A stretch of 64,000 bases of DNA from an uncultured Prolixibacteraceae bacterium (GTDB lineage: Bacteria; Bacteroidota; Bacteroidia; Bacteroidales; Prolixibacteraceae). A program made the translations under genes and the position numbers. The DNA lies in contig CAYMTR010000003.1 of assembly GCA_964393405.1 (NCBI GenBank), forward strand, positions 58,915 through 122,914, in the 5' to 3' direction. Shown piece after piece: positions 58,801 to 64,000 of this stretch; the stretch's first letter is position 1, and each line of letters opens with the position of its first letter. The notes under the pieces are model-generated. The model saw only the letters and a list, made by a program, of their open reading frames with translations, ran no database searches and was not told the origin of the DNA.

Positions 58801-59072
58801 AAAGCATTAATAAAATTACTTGATAATGAATTTAAATCGTTTTCATCGTGAAAGAATTGTTTGAAATTGTATCCATCCCATCTGTTAAGCCCTTTAGATG
58901 TAGCAATCCACATAAATCCCTTATTGTCTTTTGATATATCTGTAACGTTAAGAAATGACATACCCATTTGTTCTTTTCTGTCATAAAATACATCAGCAGA
59001 AAACAATTTCAGATTTACTAATACCAGAATCAGTAAAAATAAAAGTTGATATTTATTTTCGTTTTTAATCAT
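55881..59072 (-). CDS. Sensor histidine kinase with periplasmic Reg_prop beta-propeller / Y_Y_Y module (HTCS-like but lacking receiver and HTH domains)
   Basis: 1063 aa. Signal/TM segment, repeated W-rich propeller motifs (LWIATSNGLN-type), a TM segment near residue 780, H-box FNIIAHDLKNP, and HATPase motif GSGLGLNLCKEF. The protein ends right after the ATPase domain. Confidence 0.85.
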   Translation of the reverse strand: MIKNENKYQLLFLLILVLVNLKLFSADVFYDRKEQMGMSFLNVTDISKDNKGFMWIATSKGLNRWDGYNFKQFFHDENDLNSLSSNFINALKFDKSGLLWIATSNGLNCYNPETGNFNHFFHNPEDETSISSNNVLCLAEDLNGVLWIGTESGLNSYNKETKKFEHYNFEDLINIEDLNYGNIRKLFYDSDNNLWLGFLYSGTLKFNVVTKEKKFYHKDKTGNFISSVNDALIWDNDKMLFCTWGVKVLEYSNSKDEFSTWEANEYLDNPIVLNIEKDSYGGIWVVDHYNKIVHLSPELKVLEKYEVNSEIFKIPSNQINCLFSDRENIWVGTTNQGFFQINYSNKIINDLHKGTGNFSELSKIQVLSISPGRPGEIIIGTSNRKILIYNDIKSEITEIDIPEAYVYRLYWDKASQKLFYGSFSEEFKSIDLRTRKIKTEAKFPSSYAVFGITSNDSQIFITPWDQGLLIINKDGSIYNPAKEKWQRDFSTLNLLYDDDILWMATYNNGVISYNIKSGDFRSHLLTDDKTEKFFSNQVNIITKLRNGQILISTNEDGLCSMDRENLKFKKIGGDIGLNKLHIKSIFEDNQNNIWIVTEQKVIKTDVNFKNYTEISLYDGLNSGIEHLSSTYLSETKKIFIGGQEGVQYLNPTVEVEENAINKVNITDLRIFEKKIENGDKILNGKTISYCDTVSLSHNMNFITIDFSSMNYNNQTNREFSYKLEGVNSEWINVPYNKNSVTYSNLSPGEYDFLIKVSNDHGIWTDNLTKLHISIFPPFWRTSLFRFLIIAFVVATLLIYSRLKDYNYKQEKKKLELIVKERTAVVVAQKEELEKANDVKNKFFNIIAHDLKNPVSSVVQLTELLKDNFSSFSEEQKKEIIDSSVNSANSTLNLLDDLLLWARSQINKITFTFEPQNIYDLAQSEIINHFQQASNKRIVLINELQNGTFVMADSSSVRTVFRNLISNSIKFSKPEGVVIIGGRADASTLTIFVKDFGIGMSEKTLRNLFRLSNKESIDGTVGEKGSGLGLNLCKEFVEKNSGNIWSESEPGKGSTFYFTLPILN

Positions 59073-59416
59073 GCTCCCTTTAAATCTTTACTAATTTAAT
59101 TAGATTTTTTTTTAGGGTAGATTTATTTTAGATTAAATGTTTAAAAATTTGTTAGGATATTACAAAACCTAAGTTACACGTAATTTTTTGGCAAGGATTG
59201 ATAGGTATAATTAGTTAAATTTGCAAAACTTTATTTTAAAATTTAATGATAAATATTAGTGGTTTACGATTATAGATTATTTTCGCTTTACAAATTTTTA
59301 TTCATTAAAACGAACATGCTTACTGTTAATTGCAAATAACGATGATTTGTAAATCGGGGTTTCTCTGAATCAGACATGTGGGTTACATACGATAATTAAA
59401 AACAAATTTCTTACTC

Positions 59417-60712
59417 ATGAAATATTACAGTACAAAAAAATCTATTACAGATGTTGATCTTAGACAGGCTGTTACTAAAGGTCTGGCTGATGATAATGGA
59501 TTATTCATGCCCGAAAGGATTGAAAAATTTGATAACACCTTTTTTAAAAACATTGAAGACCTTTCTTTTCAGGAAATTTCATTTAGAGTCGCTCAGAAGT
59601 TTTTTGGTGAAGACATTGAGGAAAATAAGCTTAAAGAAATCGTATATGATACTTTGTCTTTCGATTGTCCTGTCGTTAATGTTCACGATAATATTTTCAG
59701 CTTAGAGCTTTTCCATGGACCAACTCTTGCTTTTAAGGATGTAGGCGCAAGGTTCATGGCAAGGTTACTGGCTTATTTTTTAGGTGAATCAGACCAACTC
59801 GTAAACGTTCTTGTCGCAACATCCGGTGATACTGGTAGCGCTGTGGCTAATGGGTTTTTAGGTGTCCCAGGAATTCATGTCTACGTTTTATATCCTAAAG
59901 GTAAAGTAAGTGCTATTCAGGAATCTCAGTTTACTACTCTGGGACAAAACATTACTGCTATTGAAATTGATGGTACTTTTGACGATTGTCAAAGACTTGT
60001 AAAATCAGCTTTCCTAGATAAAGATTTAAATAAAAAATTGATCCTTACCTCAGCTAACTCAATCAACGTAGCAAGATTCCTGCCTCAAGCGTTTTATTAT
60101 TTTAATGCTTATGCAAGAGTTGAGAATAAAGACAAACAATTAGTTATTTCTGTTCCAAGTGGGAATTTTGGAAATCTGACTGCAGGTTTGTTTGCTAAAA
60201 GGATGGGATTACCCGTTCATAAGTTTATTGCTGCTAATAATGAAAATGACATCGTTTATAATTATCTGAAGGACGGTAAATATAATCCTCGCCCTTCAGT
60301 TCAAACATTAGCTAATGCAATGGATGTTGGTGATCCAAGCAATTTTGTTAGGATTATTGATTTATACAATAATGATTTTAACGAATTAACTAATGACCTT
60401 GTCGGATTTAGATATTCAGATGATCAAATAAGAAGCACAATTAAAAGGGTATTCGACGAATGGAATTATCTTCTTGATCCTCATGGAGCTTGCGGTTATA
60501 TGTCCCTCGAAGAATATCTTGCCAAAGACCAGACAGGTATCTTTCTTGAAACTGCACATCCTGCTAAATTCACAGAGACAGTCGAAGCGATAGTAGGAAA
60601 AGGGAACGTGCCACTGCCCGATAAACTTGCTTTATTTATGAAGGGACATAAGCAAAGCATTGAAATGGACCAAAGTTTCAATAGTTTTAAATCTTTTCTT
60701 ATGAACAGATAA
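59417..60712 (+). CDS. thrC: Threonine synthase
   Basis: 431 aa. PLP-lysine motif FHGPTLAFKDVG and TSGDTGSA. Confidence 0.95.
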   Translation: MKYYSTKKSITDVDLRQAVTKGLADDNGLFMPERIEKFDNTFFKNIEDLSFQEISFRVAQKFFGEDIEENKLKEIVYDTLSFDCPVVNVHDNIFSLELFHGPTLAFKDVGARFMARLLAYFLGESDQLVNVLVATSGDTGSAVANGFLGVPGIHVYVLYPKGKVSAIQESQFTTLGQNITAIEIDGTFDDCQRLVKSAFLDKDLNKKLILTSANSINVARFLPQAFYYFNAYARVENKDKQLVISVPSGNFGNLTAGLFAKRMGLPVHKFIAANNENDIVYNYLKDGKYNPRPSVQTLANAMDVGDPSNFVRIIDLYNNDFNELTNDLVGFRYSDDQIRSTIKRVFDEWNYLLDPHGACGYMSLEEYLAKDQTGIFLETAHPAKFTETVEAIVGKGNVPLPDKLALFMKGHKQSIEMDQSFNSFKSFLMNR

Positions 60713-60716
60713 AACT

Positions 60717-60751
60717 AAAAAAGGCAGTCAAATATTTTGACTGCCTTTTTT
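60717..60751. terminator. Bidirectional terminator between thrC and ppiD
   Basis: AAGGCAGTCAAA-tat-TTTGACTGCCTT (12 bp, perfect), flanked by A- and T-runs. Confidence 0.85.
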
Positions 60752-60774
60752 ATGTTTCTTGAGATTAAACTCGA

Positions 60775-62889
60775 TTAATAGAATTTGGATCTCTTATCAA
60801 CAATCTCTGTATTTTCTTTTATAGTTTCAAAAGCCTGATAGCTGGCCCTATAATTTGAAGTCTGATAAAGGCTTTGTTTTTCTGCTTCAATGTTTCCTGT
60901 GCTTGAACCTGACTTGTTTGTTAATTGGATCATATAAACACCATTTCTGCCAACAATAGGATTCGATAGTTGGTTTACATCTAATGCTGCTACAGCTCCA
61001 TTTACAACAGGTTCGTACCCAATTGCATTTACTGATCCAAATGCAAGACGGAAACCACTGGCTTCTTCTACATTGAGACCTAAAGCAGATGCTGTTGATT
61101 CTATTGAAGAACTTTTTGCAGAACTAAACTTTTCAGCTAATTTTTCTTGTTTCTTCTCTTTTATCACAGCTAATTGAACTGCTGATTTTACTTTTGAATA
61201 TTCCTGAATTCCTGCTTCATCGGCTGATACTAATGCAGAAACAACAAACTTATTCTCGAGTTCAAATACAGGTGAACGATCTACTCCGATAATTAATTCA
61301 CCAACTTCAGCTTCTGTAAATGCAGGACGGATAATTGCTCTTGCAGTACCTATACCGGCTATTGAACGATCGTTTTCTCCTACAGTTATTGTATTGGCTT
61401 TTAAAAGCTGTTGGCTCGCATATTTATTGAACCCATCAAGATCCTGGGCATTAGCAGCAAATTTGCTGGCTTCTGAATAAAGTTTCTGATATGTTGCAGT
61501 ACTTGCAGTTACAGAACGGTCTACAATCGCTAACTGATAATGTTTACTTTTTGTTCCTTGCTCAGTTACTTTTAAAAGATGGAAACCAAACTGAGTTTGC
61601 ACCTTAACAATTTCTCCCTTTTCTGATTCAAACGCTGCTTTATCGAACTCAGGAACCATCATGCCTGGCTTAAACCAACCAAGATCTCCGCCTAGTTCTG
61701 CTGACCCATCCTCTGAATTATCTTTAGCTGCTTGTTCAAATGTTGTTCTGCCGCTTTCAATTTTATTTTTCAAACTGTCAATTGTCGATTCCGCTGCTTT
61801 TAAATTTTCAGCGTTTTGAACCCTGATTAAGATGTGGCTTGCCTTAACTGAATCAGGAAGCATTTTTGAATCATTTAATTTGAACAATTTGTATGTTTCA
61901 CCATCTTTTATTGGTCCGTAGATGTCATTAATAGACGCATATGATACCCATTCTGAGATAGGTGAAGTAATATCTTTAGGTGCCTGAAACTGACCTGAAA
62001 ATCTTGTGTCAGAATTCATGTTGACAAATTGCATATTGTCGCTGGCTCTTTCAAACTCTCCTTTGATATTATTTATCCAGTTTAATGCTTCAGCATCATC
62101 TTCAGGTGAAGGTTTAATGTCGAACACAACATATGAAATTGTCCTTTTAGCCTTCTGCTCATAGATTTCTTTATTTTCTTCGTAGTACTTCTTTAGGTCA
62201 GACTCGGTAATTGAGACTTCTGAATCAGGCATATCAGAAAATTTCTTTTGGATAAATTTCAAGTCAGCAACAATATTCTTTTCAGGAATACTAAGTTTTG
62301 CCTGCAACGAATTTGCATATAAGCTCTTGGCTATAAGATCAGTATATTTAGATAATTTCTTTGTTGTAATTATCTGATTTTCTATGTTTAACCATGATTC
62401 CTTTTGTGGAGCATCAGGATTTTCTTCAATGTATTTTAGAAATTGAATCACGTTAGCTTTATTAACCTGACGTGTTTGTGGGTCTCCAAAGATTTGTGTA
62501 ATGATTGGATGTAGATTTTTCCCCTGAACCATGTCGAAAACTTCTTCTGAAGTAATGTCGATTCCTAAATTTTTGTATATGCCCGACATTATTTTTTCCT
62601 GAACAAGTGCATCCCAAGCCTGATTTAATATCTGCTGATGAGCATCTTCGTCAAGGTTGTTTGTTTGATTGTTTGATTTGTAGATTTTTGCAATTTCATC
62701 ATACTTTGTCTGGAATTCAGTATAATCGACATTCTCGCCATCAATTTTGCCAATTTGCATTTGCTTGCCTCTTAGCATTGAACCTCCAGATTGCAATAAA
62801 TCTCCAAGAATAAAGGCAGCAAGAGCAATAAAAATAACTGCAGCTAGCAGAACCCCTGCTTTGTTTCTTAGTTTTTGTAAAGTTGCCAT
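60775..62889 (-). CDS. ppiD: Periplasmic chaperone / peptidyl-prolyl isomerase PpiD-like
   Basis: 704 aa. N-terminal TM anchor, SurA_N-like region and a parvulin domain (ASHILI, GGDLGWF, GFHLLKV). Confidence 0.85.
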   Translation of the reverse strand: MATLQKLRNKAGVLLAAVIFIALAAFILGDLLQSGGSMLRGKQMQIGKIDGENVDYTEFQTKYDEIAKIYKSNNQTNNLDEDAHQQILNQAWDALVQEKIMSGIYKNLGIDITSEEVFDMVQGKNLHPIITQIFGDPQTRQVNKANVIQFLKYIEENPDAPQKESWLNIENQIITTKKLSKYTDLIAKSLYANSLQAKLSIPEKNIVADLKFIQKKFSDMPDSEVSITESDLKKYYEENKEIYEQKAKRTISYVVFDIKPSPEDDAEALNWINNIKGEFERASDNMQFVNMNSDTRFSGQFQAPKDITSPISEWVSYASINDIYGPIKDGETYKLFKLNDSKMLPDSVKASHILIRVQNAENLKAAESTIDSLKNKIESGRTTFEQAAKDNSEDGSAELGGDLGWFKPGMMVPEFDKAAFESEKGEIVKVQTQFGFHLLKVTEQGTKSKHYQLAIVDRSVTASTATYQKLYSEASKFAANAQDLDGFNKYASQQLLKANTITVGENDRSIAGIGTARAIIRPAFTEAEVGELIIGVDRSPVFELENKFVVSALVSADEAGIQEYSKVKSAVQLAVIKEKKQEKLAEKFSSAKSSSIESTASALGLNVEEASGFRLAFGSVNAIGYEPVVNGAVAALDVNQLSNPIVGRNGVYMIQLTNKSGSSTGNIEAEKQSLYQTSNYRASYQAFETIKENTEIVDKRSKFY

Positions 62890-62984
62890 TTGAATAATGT
62901 TATTTTGCTTTTATTTATTTTTTAAAAATTCAGGCTACGAAGATAATAATTTTACTTTTCTATCCTAACGCAATAAAGATCTGT

Positions 62985-64000
62985 TTAATCAAAATCCAAT
63001 ATTTTCATTAATACTAGCTCTATTTTTGTTTCACTAGCCTTTAATATCCTGAATTCAAAATTATCAATTGTTATTATGGAATTATTTTTAGGAATGTTTT
63101 CATGCTCGTTTATTATCAATCCGGCTAAAGTGTCGTATTCATCATCTTCGGGTAGCCCAAGATGATATTTTTCATTTAAAAATCCAATTTCATGACGTGC
63201 AGAAAATATCCATTCTGTATCATTTACCCTTTTGATAACAAGATCATCCGTATCGTGCTCATCTTCTATCTCACCAAATATTTCTTCAAGTATGTCCTCT
63301 GTTGTTACTAGCCCCGATGTTCCTCCATATTCATCAACCACCACTGCAATCGTTTTGTGTTTTTGAGTGAAAATCTTTAAAAGATTGTTTGCTGTCATTG
63401 TTTCCGGAATTATGGAAATAGGGTTCATTATCGTTTTTAAAGAAGAAGGGTTCTTAAACAATTGTGAAGTATGTATATATCCTATGATATTGTCTATTGA
63501 ATCGTTGTAAATAAGGATTTTTGAAAAGCCTGTATCTATAAACCTGTTTTTTAATTCTTCGATAGTACTTGTATCTTCCATTGCTTCAATCTCAGTTCTG
63601 TGAACCATGCAATCCCTCACTTTAACTTTTGAAAAATCAAGCGCATTCTTAAATAGTTTTATTTCCGTTTCTTCTTCGTAATTGTTTTTTAGAGCAGGCT
63701 TATCAAGCTGATTTATATAATGATCAAGATCAATTCTTGTGAATATTATTTTTTCCGACTCGGGACTAACTTCTTTTCTGAAAATGTATTTTATTATCAA
63801 CATCGACAGGAACATAGAAATCTTAGCAATAGGGTATAGTAAAATGTAAAAAAGAAGTACAGGAAAGGCGAAAAACCTTAATACTGCATTAGCATTTATT
63901 CTAAATAATGTCTTTGGTAAAAACTCGGCTGTAAATAGTATTAACAACGTTGAAATCAATGTCTGAAACAAAAGCACAAGTATATCTGAACTTATAAAAG
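62985..64000 (-). CDS. CNNM/hemolysin-family protein (DUF21-CBS pair-CorC_HlyC), N-terminus beyond the window edge
   Basis: The reading frame stays open to position 64000. It contains the TM tail of a DUF21 domain, two CBS motifs and a C-terminal CorC/HlyC transporter-associated domain. Confidence 0.85.
   Translation of the reverse strand, partial: FISSDILVLLFQTLISTLLILFTAEFLPKTLFRINANAVLRFFAFPVLLFYILLYPIAKISMFLSMLIIKYIFRKEVSPESEKIIFTRIDLDHYINQLDKPALKNNYEEETEIKLFKNALDFSKVKVRDCMVHRTEIEAMEDTSTIEELKNRFIDTGFSKILIYNDSIDNIIGYIHTSQLFKNPSSLKTIMNPISIIPETMTANNLLKIFTQKHKTIAVVVDEYGGTSGLVTTEDILEEIFGEIEDEHDTDDLVIKRVNDTEWIFSARHEIGFLNEKYHLGLPEDDEYDTLAGLIINEHENIPKNNSIITIDNFEFRILKASETKIELVLMKILDFD

Noticed and set aside
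1-64000. Search for CRISPR arrays, rRNA/tRNA genes, transposases/integrases, prophage or defence islands.
   Set aside because: I saw no regularly spaced direct repeats, no tRNA-like cloverleaves in intergenic regions and no recombinase or transposase-like ORFs. Essentially every ORF longer than 150 aa is explained by housekeeping or biosynthetic functions.

Overview
AT-rich, Bacteroidota-like chromosomal core segment around dnaA. The phylum guess rests on a Bacteroides-type argF' transcarbamylase, a Reg_prop/Y_Y_Y sensor kinase, SPOR and SUMF1-type lipoproteins, TAnnTTTG-like promoter boxes and frequent TTG starts. About 50 protein genes are supportable, mostly amino-acid and pyrimidine biosynthesis: carA-carB; argR-GNAT-argG-argC-argD-proC and proB-proA-argF'; ilvD-ilvB-ilvN; lysC; pyrB-pyrI; ilvC; thrA-(acetolactate-decarboxylase-like)-(apgM-like) and thrC. 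Housekeeping genes include rpsF-rpsR-rplI, dnaA, recA, miaB, nfeD-floA, ppiD, an lptD-like gene and an amidase. I found no rRNA, tRNA, CRISPR array, transposase or integrase, and no recognisable defence or mobile island. I do not see a convincing novel multi-gene protein system. What looks new lies in the short intergenic leaders, all below the ORF-track threshold. (1) A 24-codon Val/Leu/Ile-rich leader peptide with mutually exclusive antiterminator and terminator helices sits upstream of ilvDBN. (2, 3) Sense-strand intrinsic terminators, each fully spanned by a mini-ORF, sit in the carAB and pyrBI leaders. (4) A tandem ARG-box operator lies between carA and argR. Further observations: a threonine operon using an apgM-family protein where thrB is expected and interrupted by two extra genes; a GC-rich nested-hairpin element upstream of rpsF; a GACGAACG motif array next to an AraC regulator; and an inverted-repeat-bounded 316-bp gap inside the arg operon. 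Protein calls come from motif recognition by eye and RNA structures from manual base-pairing. No searches or folding programs were run.
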